A DNA stretch of 64,000 nt, from positions 87,112,001 to 87,176,000 of the forward strand of contig CM059432.1 in the NCBI GenBank assembly GCA_030390025.1, read 5' to 3'. The notes beneath the pieces are model-generated. The model was not told where the DNA came from and made no database searches. It worked only from the letters and a program-made list of their open reading frames with translations. A program made the translations under genes and the position numbers. Each line of letters begins with the position of its first letter. Position 1 is the first letter of the stretch. Origin of the DNA: Squalus acanthias. Its lineage: Eukaryota. Shown in pieces: positions 25,252 through 35,990 of this stretch.

Positions 25252-26355
25252 TTGCTCCCAGTCATTGATGCTCTAGTTGTCATCTACCTTGGCCTGCAGC
25301 ATGACAGGGAGATGGAGCAGTGGCAGCAAAGAAGAGGACCGATTGTTCGCAGTGGGAGGAGGAGGAGGGGGAGAAGGGCTCTCAGCAGGAGGCCTTACCC
25401 ACCTAGGGACTTCCGAGAGCAATTTTCTTACCTCAGCCTGAGCCAGGAGCAGTGTGTGAGGTGTCTGTGCTTTATGAAGGAGGTGCTCACAGAACTCTAC
25501 CACCTCTTGCAACCAGACCTGCCAGTGGCTGTGAAGGTGACCGTGGCCCTGAATTTCTTCACATCGGGATCCTTCCAGGCTGGAGCAGGCAACATCTGTA
25601 ACATTTCACAGTTTGCCGTCCACTGCTGCATAAGAGAGGTGACAGATGCTCTTTATGCCAGGAGAGGGGACTTCATTGTCTTCTCTCTGACCAGAGAGAA
25701 GCAGGCAGAGCATGCACGTGGCTTTGCCAGTATAGCGGACTTCCCCATGGTGCAGGGCGCCATCGATTGCATGCACGTGGCTTTGCGGGCAGCGTATATA
25801 AATGCTTAGATGAAACACAACTGCAAAGGTTACTACTCGCTGAATGTGCAGTTGGTGTGTAACCATGATGGTGAATGTCCAGTATGCTGGCAGCAGTCAT
25901 GATGCTTTTATTCTGTGCCAGACCGCAGCTCCCTCAGTTTTTGAGCCACCAGACAAACCAGAGGGTGGCTACTGGGCGACAAGGCTATCCCTTGACCACC
26001 TGGCTCAAGACTCCGCTCTGCAACCCAACCACACATGGCTAGCATGTGTACAACGAGAGTCATGATGCCACACAAAACATCATAGAGCAGACCATTGACA
26101 TCCTTAAACAACGGTTCCGCTCTGGAGAAGCCTTACAGTACTCACTGGAGCATGTGTCCCGATTCATCGTGGTCTGCTGTATCCTCCACAACCTGGCCAT
26201 CATGAGGGCACAGCCCTTACCACCAGGGATATGGCCACCAGTTCAGGAGTAGGAGGAGAATGAGAAGGAAGAGGAGGAGGAGAGGTGGAGGAGAGTGGAG
26301 GAGGCGGAAGAGGAGGCGGAGGAAGCGGAAGGAAGGAAGCAACCCAGACAGCCCC
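25252..26355 (+). pseudogene. HARBI1-like DDE transposase pseudogene
   Basis: ALNFFTSGSFQ, QGAIDCMHV, SLNVQLVC, GSSHDAFIL, LLGDK, NIIEQTI, CCILHN and an acidic tail; stop at 25807-25809 plus frameshifts. Confidence 0.92.
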
Positions 26356-26358
26356 ATT

Positions 26359-28117
26359 GAAATGTCAGACCAATTAAATACATATTTTGGTTTTGTCTTC
26401 ACAAAGGAGGACAGAAATAACCTCCCAGAGATGTTGGGGAACATAGAGTCTGATGAAAGGGAGGAATTGAAAGAAATCAGTATTTGTAGGGAAATAGTGT
26501 TAGGGAAATTGAAGGGATTGAAGGCCGATAAATCCCCAGGGCCTGATAATCTACATCCTAGCGTACTTAAGGAAGTGGCCCAAGAAATAGTAGATGCATT
26601 GCTAATCATCTTCCAACATTCAATGGAATCTGGAACAGTACCCATGGATTGGAGGGTAGCTAATGTTACCCCACTATTCAAAGAGGGTGGTAGAGAGAAA
26701 ACGGGGAATTACAGACCGGTAAGCCTGATATCGGTAGTGGGGAAAATGCTAGAGTCCATTATAAAAGATGTAATAACTGAGCACTTGGAAAACAGTGACA
26801 GGATCGGACAAAGTCAACATGGATTTACAAAAGGTAAATCATGCTTGACTAATCTACTGGAATTTTTTGAGGATGTAACTGGTAAAATAGTTAAGGGAGA
26901 ACCAGTGGATGTGGTGTATTTGGACTTCCAAAAGGCTTTTGATAAGGTCCCGCATAAGAGATTAGCGTGTAAAGTTAAGGCACATGAGATTGGGGGCAAG
27001 GTATTGACTTGGATAGAGAACTGGTTGGCAGACAGAAAGCAAAGAGTTGGAATAAATGGGTCTTTTTCCGACTGGCAGGCAGTGACTAGTGGGGTACCGC
27101 AGGGATCGGTCCTTGGACCCCAGCTATTCACAATATATATTAATGATCTAGACAAGGGAACTAGATGTAATATCTCCAAATTTGCAGACGACACAAAGCT
27201 GGGTGGGCGTGTGTGCTGTGAGGAGGATGCCGAGAAACTCCAGGATGATTTGGACAGGTTGGGTGATTGGGCAGAAGCGTGGCAGATGCAATATAACGTG
27301 GATAAATGCGAGGTTATCCACTTTGGTGTCAAAAACAGAAAGGCAGATTATTGTCTGAATGGCAATAGATTGGGAGAAGGGGAAGTGCAACGAGACCTGG
27401 GTGTCCTTGTGCACCAGTCGCTGAAGGTAAGCATGCAGGTGCAGCAGGCGGTTAAGAAGGTAAATGGTATGTTGGCCTTCATAGCGAGAGGGTTTGAGTA
27501 CAGGAACAAGGATGCCTTGCTGCAGTTGTACAGGGCCTTGGTGAGACCACACCCTGAGTACTGTGTGCAGTTTTGGTCGCCTTATCTGAGGAAGGATGTT
27601 CTTGCCATGGAAGGAGTTCAGCGAAGATTCACAAGGTTGATACCTGGGATGGCAGGAATGACGTATGAAGAGAGATTGGGTCGATTGGGCTTATGCTCGC
27701 TGGAGTTTAGAAGAATGAGAGGGGATCTCATTGAAACTTATAAAATTCTGACAGGACAGGACAAACTAGATGCAGGAAGGATGTTCCCGATGGTCGGGGA
27801 GTCCAGAACCAGGGGTCACAGTCTAAGGATAAGGGGTAAGCCATTTAGGACAGAAATGAGGAGGAATTTCTTCACCCAGAGAGTGGTGAACCTGTGGAAT
27901 TCTCTACTACAGAAGGCAGTAGAGGCCAATTCATTAAATAGATTCAAGAAGGAGTTGGATATATTTCTTAAGGCTAAAGGGATCAAGGGATATGGGGAGA
28001 AAGCAGGGACAGGGTACTGAATTTGGATGATCAGCCATGATCGCATTGAATGGCGGAGCAGGCTAGAGGGGCCGAATGGCCTACTCCTGCTCCTATCTTC
28101 TATGATTCTATGATTCT
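26359..28117 (+). mobile_element. young 5'-truncated CR1 with an uninterrupted RT-to-C-terminus frame
   Basis: Open to the stop at 28020 (QHGF, YLDFQKAFD, PQGSVLGP, FADD); tail (TTCTATGA)n. Confidence 0.96.
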
Positions 28118-28975
28118 GGCCGGGATATCTGGGATCGACTCATCTGACTGCGCTACAAATGAACACAACCCCAATTCTCCATTCAACATTAATCCCACAC
28201 CTTACCTTCCCTTTGTTACTGACCATCACAGCATCACCTTGGCCACAATGCTGAAATAAAAGCCACCACAAAGCAAACATTCCAATCAAACTTTATCCAT
28301 CTGTCCATCCAATATTACATCAAAAAATCAACTAATCACCCATGTGCATTCCCTTAGTGACTGTCTTGCATGCGCCTTTGCCTATCCTAGTGCTCCTACG
28401 CAGTGCTACCCCAGTGGCTGCAGCATGGCTGGTGGAAGGCTGCTGACTTTCAGTGGAGGACACTGCAGATGGCCTTGCAGGACAACATCGAGAAACTCTA
28501 GGCCTAGTAGGCCCTGCTTCGGACTGCACTACCTTGGCATGGGCGGATGCAGTCTGGGCTGGCTGGCTGACAGACAACAGCAAGGACACTGGCGGAGTGG
28601 CAGTGGTGGGAGGACGAATGCTGTCATCCTGAGAGAGGACAGCAGATGCGTCCTCCACAGATCCATTGCGACTCCCCAGGGGCAGTTCCTCAGCAATCCT
28701 AGTAATCTGATGGCGTACAGACTGCTGGACTGCTGTGACACCCTACAAGCCTCTTTCAACACTGGAAAACCCAGCTATGATGGTGGCAGTCTGTGCTTGC
28801 ATGACTTCAGTCTGAGCTTCCACTGAGATGTTGGGTGGCTTCTGATTGTGCTGCAATGGAAGCTGAGACATCGGCCATCAGACACAACATGATGATGGGG
28901 TCCACAAGTGTGCTAATGGATCTGCCCAGCCCTTCCACGCTAGAGCTGGACTCCTCCATGCTTCTTGACATTTCC

Positions 28976-30165
28976 CCCTGAGAATTCTGCGCTCCTCTAA
29001 TTCTGCCCTCTTGAGCATCCCTGATTATAATCACTCAACCTTTGGTGGCCGTGCCTTCTGTTGCCTAGGCCCTAAGCTCTGGAATTCCCTGCCTAAACCT
29101 CTCCACCTCGCTACCTCTCTTTCTTCCTTTAAGACACTCCTTAAAACCTACCTCTTTGACCAAGCTTTTGGTCACCTGCCCTAATTTCTCATTATGTGGC
29201 TCAGTGTTAAATTTTTTGACCTCACTACCACTTCTCTCGACTCCTCCACGGTCTCTAAATTGTCAGACTGCTTGTCCAACACCCAGTTCTGGATGAGCAG
29301 AAATTTTCTCCAATTTAATATTGGGAAGACCGAAGCCATTGTTTTCGGTCCCCGCCACAAACTCCGTTCCCTAGCCACTGACTCCATACCTCTCCCTAAC
29401 ATCTCTCTGAGGCTGAACCACACTGTTCGCAAACTTGGTGTCATATTTGACGCTGAAATGAGCTTCCTACCACATATCCGCAGCATAACTAAGACTGCCT
29501 ATTTCCACCTCCGTAACATCGCCCGTCTCCACCCTTGCCTCAGCTCATCCGCTGCTGAAACCCTCATCCATGCCTTTGTTACCTCTAGACTTGACTATTC
29601 CAATGCACTCCTGGCTGGCCTCCCACATTCAACCCTATGTAAACTTGAGGTCATCCAAAACTCGGCTGCCCGTGTCCTAACTCGCACCAAGCCCCGTTCA
29701 CCCATCACCCCTGTGCTTGCTGACCTACATTGGCTCCCAGTTAAGCAACACCTCGATTTCAAAATTCTCATCCTTGTTTTCAAATCCCTCCATGGCCTCG
29801 CCCCTCCATATCTCTGTAATCTCCTTCAGCCCCACAACCCCCTGAGATATCTGCGCTCCTCTAATTTTGCCCTCTTGAGCATCCGTGATTATAATTGCTC
29901 AACCTTTGGTGGCCATGCCTTCTGTTGCCTAGGCCCTAAGCTCTGGAATTCTCTGCCTAAACCTTTCCGTCTCTCTACCTCTCTTTCCTCCTTTAAGACG
30001 CTCCTTAAAATCTACTTCTTTCACCAAGCTTTTGGTCATCTGCCCTAATTTCTCCTTATGTAGCTCAGTGTCAAATTTCTTGTCTTTTAACACTCCTGTG
30101 AAGCGCCTTGGGACATTTTACTACGTTAAAGGCGCTATGTAAATACAAGTTGTTGTTGTTGTTGC
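28976..30165 (+). mobile_element. L2 LINE 3' region (short 3' piece 28976-29220 followed by a longer copy)
   Basis: ORF 29194-30048 LIHAFVTSRLDYSNALL..HWLPV..KLWNSLP; tail AAATACAAG(TTG)n. Confidence 0.93.
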
Positions 30166-31014
30166 ATTTAGGCTTTCTGGCAGACCTGCCAATGCACCAA
30201 GCATTTAGTTGTGCGTACCCATGAGCTTTGTTTTCGGGGGGTTACCGAATTTCTGGGCCAAGTGGTTTGAACTGGGTGGGGGCAATTTTCAGCTGCCGGC
30301 CACCCGTTTCTCACTGGAGAAGTGGGCCACTGAAAATATAGGCGAGAGGCAGCTCTGCAGCGCCATTGACACCCAAAGCTGCCTGATGCAATTTTCAGGC
30401 CCATAAATGGGCGAGCAGCATGTGCAACCTGTTCCTGGCAGGGGGCTGCTTAAATAGTCCTAGGCCAGGTATAGTACCAAGATTGTAATTTTCAGCTACA
30501 AATGCATGGAACGTCTGCAGTGCATACTCTGCCCATTTGTACCAGGCATTGAGCAGCTTAACCAACGAGGCTTAAAGGGACTCTGGAGGCTGCTCAAAAC
30601 ACAGATCCTCCTGAGCCCACAAAACACTCTGCACACTGCCGGCCCATGCAAGTTCCGCCCCACCTCTGAGATTTCCCCAGCCACCCAGCCGGTTCAGCAG
30701 GGGAGCTGGTCGATTTCCCACCCTCCACAACCAGCTGCTGTGGGTTGCCCAGTTGGTGCTTGCAGCTTGCCGGTGCCGTGTAAGTGAGGTCCCAACTTCC
30801 CAATGCTGGCTTTGAACGGGTGGCGTGGCACTCTGCTAACTTTACGCCTATTTCAGGCAGAGGTCAGAGATCACATTTGGGTGCTCCCAATCTTGAACAC
30901 AAAGAAATCCATGAGCTCCTTGTATTTGGTGTTTAAGGCAAGGCTCACACACAAACAATGCCTGATTTAACAGTCGCACAACACCAGGTTATAGTCCAAC
31001 AGTTTTATTTAAAA

Positions 31015-31050
31015 TTACGAGCTTTCGGAGCACTGCTCCTTCGTCAGGTA
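31015..31050 (-). ncRNA. minimal type I hammerhead ribozyme motif
   Basis: Minus strand reads TAC CTGACGA A GGAGC AGT GCTCC GAAA GC TC GTA: conserved core, helix II, AGCT palindromic helix III. Confidence 0.7.
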
Positions 31051-31056
31051 CACTGC

Positions 31057-31090
31057 ACCTGACGAAGGAGCAGCGCTCCGAAAGTTCGTA
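31057..31090 (+). ncRNA. minimal type I hammerhead ribozyme motif (helix III variant)
   Basis: CTGACGA 31059-31065, GGAGC/GCTCC stem, GAAA 31080-31083, then GTTC. Confidence 0.6.
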
Positions 31091-31958
31091 ATTTTAAATA
31101 AAACTGTTGGACTATAACCTGGTGCTGTGCGACTTCTCATTTTTGTCCACCCCAGTCCAACACCGGCATCTCCGCATCATGATTTAACAGTGCATGGGCT
31201 GCATGGAACTGTGGCCTAGCAAGAGTAAGCGCTTTCAGCAGGGGAGAAAATCAGAAACTACAATTTGAGATGAGAGTGGAAGTGGTGGGGAATATTGGAA
31301 AATTCGGAACATGAGTAGGCTATTCAGCACCTCGTGCCTGCTCCGCCATTTAATTAGATCATGGCTGATCTGTATCTCAACTCCATTTAGCCACCTTCAT
31401 ATCCCTTGATACGCTTACCTGACAAAAGGTCTATTTATCTCAGTCTTGAAAAATTGTCGTGATTTCTACTACTCTTTGTGTGAAAAAGTTCTTCCTGATT
31501 TCAGCCCTGAATTGCCTCGCTCTAATTTTAAGATTATGTCTCCTTGTTCTTGATTCCCCTACATGAGGAAATAGTTTCACTGTAATTACCCTATCAAATC
31601 CTTTTAACATTTTAAACACCTCAATCAGATTACCTCTCAATCTTTTATATTCAAGGGAATACAAGCCATGTTTATGCTACCTGTCCTCGTAATTTAACCC
31701 TCTAAGCCCTGGTATCATTCTGGTGATTCTGCGCTGCACCGCCTCCAAGGCTAATATATCCTTCCTGAGGCACGATGCCCAACATTGAACTCAGTGCTTC
31801 AGATGGGGTCTGACCAAGGCTCTATACAACTGAAGCATAACTTCCCCTCCCTTTGTATTCCAGCCTCCTTGAGATCAAGGCCAACATTCATTAGCCTTTT
31901 TGATTTGATTTTTGTATCTGTTCACTAGCTTTTAATGATTTGTGTACTTGGACTCCAA

Positions 31959-32704
31959 GGGCTGGATTTTGTCTTGGGGTTGGGTTGGGGTCGTGTAATC
32001 CGCATTTCGTGTTTCCCCCCCGACTCCAGATTAATGTGGATGCCTGATGCAATTTTCACTTAATTGGGCAATTGAGTTGGAGCATGTGGGAACCCATGAA
32101 CTAATTAGTGTTTTCAGTCTGAAAACCGCCTCTGATGATGTCATCATTGCTGACTGCCTAGTCTCAGAGACTGTTGGTGAGAGAGGACCTGCCTGGCTTT
32201 TGATGTGAGTGGCCCGGGGGGAGGGGGGGTGCGAGGGAAGAGAGAGAGAGAGAGAATTTTTTTGCCAAGCAAGTCCTCCCAGGCAGTCTCTGAAGACATT
32301 CAATGCAGTAGCATCAGAGGCAACGTTCAGACCTAATACTACTACTACCTTCATCACATCTCCATTGTAATAGTGGACCTGCAGCCGATAGTCAGCTATC
32401 CACGTGTGCTCCCGCCAGGTTTCACTGGAGTGTTTCACACCAGGCGTGCTTCACGTCAGAAGAGGGTTAAACTAGCTACAGCATTTCAAAATGGCATTAC
32501 AGAGCCAATTTAGAGCTTGTTAAGGGCTTTAATGGCCTCTCCCGCCTCTTGAAGGCGGGACGGAGTCGGGAACCCCGCGACTGATTATGTCAAAATTGCG
32601 TGGAGGCGGGATGGAGTCGGGATGGGGTCGGAAACCCTGACCCCACAAATTTAACCCCCACACGCCTCCAAACCCGACTCCATGGGTCATTCAAAATCCA
32701 GCCC
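31959..32704. mobile_element. Harbinger MITE related to the 17844-21090 element
   Basis: Perfect 13-bp TIR GGGCTGGATTTTG / CAAAATCCAGCCC; CAA TSD at 31956-31958 and 32705-32707; subterminal similarity to 17940-18045 and 20880-21060. Confidence 0.92.
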
Positions 32705-32733
32705 CAAATCTCTTCGCTCCTCTACATTTCATA

Positions 32734-33626
32734 GGGGGAAAAATTCAGTTGGTTGCGCCTCCCGTTAGCGCCTTAAGAGGGCGCTAATGGGGCGCAAAGC
32801 AACTAGCGCCCGGGCGCGGCGATGTTTGTGCCGCTCGCGAAATTAACTAGACATTTTGCGGCAGCGTTAAACATTACCGCCACGATCTCCTGCGCCGGCA
32901 GATCGTGACGTCAGTCGAGTGTGCAACACCCCGGTAGCGCCCCGGAGCGGATATTGAGTGGCGCCCCCTGCCTTACCGCCTGCCGCTAGCAACGACAGGT
33001 TGAGGGGCGCGTTTTGCAGTCAGGAAGGGACTGGGGGAGCGCTATTTAAAGGCGACCGATTCCTGCCTTTTTTTGTTGGCGACATTTTTGAACCACGCAT
33101 TCTGAGAGAGAGAGAGAGAGACTTCTGGAGAGATTCAACGCTGTGTGAAGGAGTTTCGGGTATTGAGCCGCACTTTGCAGGTTCATTTTGATTTGCCCTT
33201 CCTTGTATCGATTTAGAAGAGACTGTGGGGGCTGCACTCTGAGCTCTTTCCCTGGAGTTCTCCATTGTTCTTTCCAGCAGATTTGATGTACAGGTTTCTC
33301 CAGGCCGAGATTCAAGGCTGCAATGAGCAGGATGTGGATGGAAAGCAAGATCAACCCTCCCCTTTAAGAACTGGCCGGGGCCATTGTGTCTGTGTTCCAT
33401 TGCTGACTGACATCACATGAGCTTCGCCAGAGCTCTGAGTTAGCGCCTCGCTCCTCAGCCTTTGCGCCTTAAGACAGATGTGTAGCAGCTAATTTAGCGC
33501 TCCAATCACCTCCAGGGGCGATAAAAGTCAAGTTTGCAGTCGGAGACGATAATTAGCGCCAGGCGCTAATCTTTGCGCCCGGCCGATAATTGTGCCTCAA
33601 ACGGGGCGATACTGAATTTTTCCCCC
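32734..33626. mobile_element. Harbinger MITE family A, copy 2
   Basis: Perfect 16-bp TIR GGGGGAAAAATTCAGT; ATA TSD at 32731-32733 and 33627-33629. Confidence 0.95.
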
Positions 33627-33668
33627 ATAGTTTCTTACCATTTTGAAAATACTGCTGTCATCCTGAGA

Positions 33669-34151
33669 ACCAAGGCGGCCTTCGGGATACACGACAGCGC
33701 AAAATCATAGAGCAGAAACTGATAGCCAAGTTGCGCACTCATGAGGATGGCCTCAATCGCGATATCGGGTTCATGTCACGATACAGAACGTGACTTGACA
33801 TCATGGCTGGTCTTTCCAGCCTTTTTTAAAAAAAAACTAACACAAGAACCAAAGTCAACTGCAGAGGATATGCAGCCAGCAGGTGTTTTGACACGTTGGA
33901 CCCCCTGGGACACATCTCATTGTCTTGGCTGTGCTCTTAGTGTGTCTTTGATGTAGGGAAAGATTTGAATACATTTTTTCTGTGTTTATATTGTGAATTC
34001 TGGGAGATTCTCTCACAGCTACTCTACCTGAGGAAGGGGCGACAGCTCCGAAAGCTTGTAATTTTAAATAAATCTGTTGGACTATAACCTGGTGTTGTGC
34101 GACTTCTCATTTTTGTCCACCCCAGTCCAACGCCGGCATCTCCACATCATG
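33669..34151 (+). mobile_element. second Penelope-like family, 3' fragment
   Basis: GGLRDTRQRKIIEQKLIAKLRTHEDGLNRDIGFMSRY (GIY-YIG C-terminus); hammerhead; ATCCTGAGA TSD at 33660-33668 and 34152-34160. Confidence 0.88.
34025..34060 (+). ncRNA. minimal hammerhead ribozyme motif
   Basis: TAC CTGAGGA A GGGGC GACA GCTCC GAAA GC TT GTA. Confidence 0.7.
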
Positions 34152-35990
34152 ATCCTGAGAGAGGACAGCAGGTTTCCGATTTATTTTTTCTGCTGTCTTC
34201 CTGAGAGAGGACAGCAGATTTGTCCTCCACGGAGCCAATGCCACACCCCCAGGGTGGCGCCTCAGCACTCCTAGTAATCTGCTGGAGTGCTGTGACACCC
34301 TGCAAGCCCCTTTTCAACACTGGTAAACCCAGCCACGATGGCAGCAGTCTGTGCTTGTGTGGCAGCAAGCTGAGCTTCCACTGCAGCACTCAGACACTGA
34401 GTGGCTTCTTCTTGTGCTGCAATGGAAGCTGAAACATTGGCCATCAGACGCAGCATGATGGTTGGGTCCACAAGTGCACTAGTATATCTGCCCACCCCTT
34501 CCACGCTGGAAAGGATGGGCTCCACGCTCTGCACAAAGCCCTGTGCAAGGTTGGAGTTGGACTTCTCCATGCTCCTTGACATTGCATTTAAGCTTTCTGG
34601 CAGGCCTGTCAATGCACCAATCAGCTTTGTTCTATAGGCTGCCTCATCGGATTCCTCACCTGCGTCCTGTGCAGCAGAACTCGTGTTTTTTTATTTGTTC
34701 CTGGGATGTGGGCGTCGCTGGCAAGTGCAACATTTATTGTCCATCCCTAATTGCTCTTGAGAAGGTGGTGGTGAGCCGCCTTCTTGAACTGCTGCCGTCC
34801 GTGAGGTGAAGGTACTCCCATCGTGCTGGTAGGGAGGGAGTTCCTCCAGGGAGCTGGCACCTGCGCTACCCTTTCCCCCTGCCCTGCCTGTAGGCCACTT
34901 GTGCTGGGTGTCTCACCACATGCAGATCCCGCATCTAACCTATCCTCTAAAGTACGCAGAGTGTCAGTATCTGAGCTGGTGGCTGGGAGTGTGAAATCAA
35001 GTGATGGTGCTGTGTGTGTAACCTGGCCTGGCAGTGGTGGATAAATGCTGGCCTTGCCAGCGACGCCCACATCCCATCTGCAGCTTGTAAATCAGAAGAG
35101 TTTTTGAGATGAGGGGGAAGTGGAACATAACAGGAGGCAGCCCCTGCTGCCTATTGTTATGTGCCACCTTCTCCTGGAAAAAAGAGGGAGGTGTCAATGA
35201 GTGTCGTACAATCTGTTTAGGTGATATTCCTGTCATGGTTGAATAGCTGACAGTGTGTGCAATCTGTGAGATGTGGGTGTGAGGCTTGCAGCAGTGGTAA
35301 GTGTGAGAGGGTGAGGTGAAGCTATGAATGTGAGGTATGAGTTGTGATTGATGGAGATTATTGGTCGGTGAGTGATGGGGGTGTGGTGCATTGAGCAGTG
35401 TGCGAGTCTAGTGGTTCAGTTGTAAGGATATGGCATTGGAAGATGAATTCACTAACCTTGACCACTCGTGTGAGGTCATTAAACTTTTTGCAGCGCTGCA
35501 TCTAGGTCCACGGGGCTACACTGCTGGCATTGACCATGATGACTATTTGCTCCCATTGCTTTTTCTGATTTTGCCTGGAGGGCCTCCTGCAGATACATGA
35601 CCTCTCTCCTCCTGTCTAACTCCTGCACCAAGGCCTCCAGTGCTGCATCCGAGAACCTTGGAACACACTTTCTCCCCTGTTGTTCCATCAGTACTTCTTC
35701 CTGCTCACACTCTGTTCCCCAGCCAGTTGAATCACCTGCTGCAGTCAGAATATACCTCCCCTTTAAGAGGTGCAGACTAGCTTTAATTGGTGCTAGCCAC
35801 GTACGAACTTGGGCCCCCTGCTGAGTGTGCAGCCACTCAGCAGCGCGCTCAGCACTGGGCTGCTCGCCACAATCATTATAATTAGCAGGCAGCACGAAGT
35901 TGGCGTGCTGCCTGCATCACTTTGAACGGGCACGGGTTGATCCCGCATCGCGATCCCCACACCCGTTTTCGGGGGCAATCCAATTTCTAT
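34152..35990 (-). pseudogene. Harbinger Myb/SANT-like pseudogene and right end (exon 1 35688-35457, exon 2 from 35173)
   Basis: MEQQGRKCVPRFSDAALEALV..CKKFNDLTRVVK|GT, then AG|EKVAHN; stops, frameshift and deletions. Confidence 0.85.
34686..34845 (-). mobile_element. 3' end of a non-CR1 LINE (RTE-X-like; probably the same family as 57717-58430)
   Basis: A-rich tail and a characteristic 3'UTR inserted in the Myb exon; clade assignment from memory. Confidence 0.6.

Larger units (their letters stand above)
24764..28975 (+). mobile_element. PIF/Harbinger transposon (left end, transposase gene, 3' exon of the convergent Myb gene), interrupted by a CR1
   Basis: Left TIR GGGCCTAGAAATTCGG; sequence resumes at ~28114, colinear with 60000-61000. 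Confidence 0.85.
30972..31181. mobile_element. palindromic PLE-derived mini-element with inverted pLTR segments
   Basis: 81-bp inverted arms 30972-31052 and 31054-31134; the right arm plus tail matches the PLE end at 34026-34151; flanking direct repeat TGATTTAACAGT at 30963-30974 and 31180-31191. Confidence 0.88.
31306..33652 (-). mobile_element. older CR1 3' fragment split by two MITEs
   Basis: ORF 31440-31664 SLE..RLRG.LIEVFK; CR1 sequence resumes at 32708-32730 and 33630-33652. Confidence 0.85.

Noticed and set aside
25252..26355. Host HARBI1 gene
   Set aside because: It has stops and frameshifts, a TIR-bearing end and paralogous remnants nearby, so it is a transposon copy.
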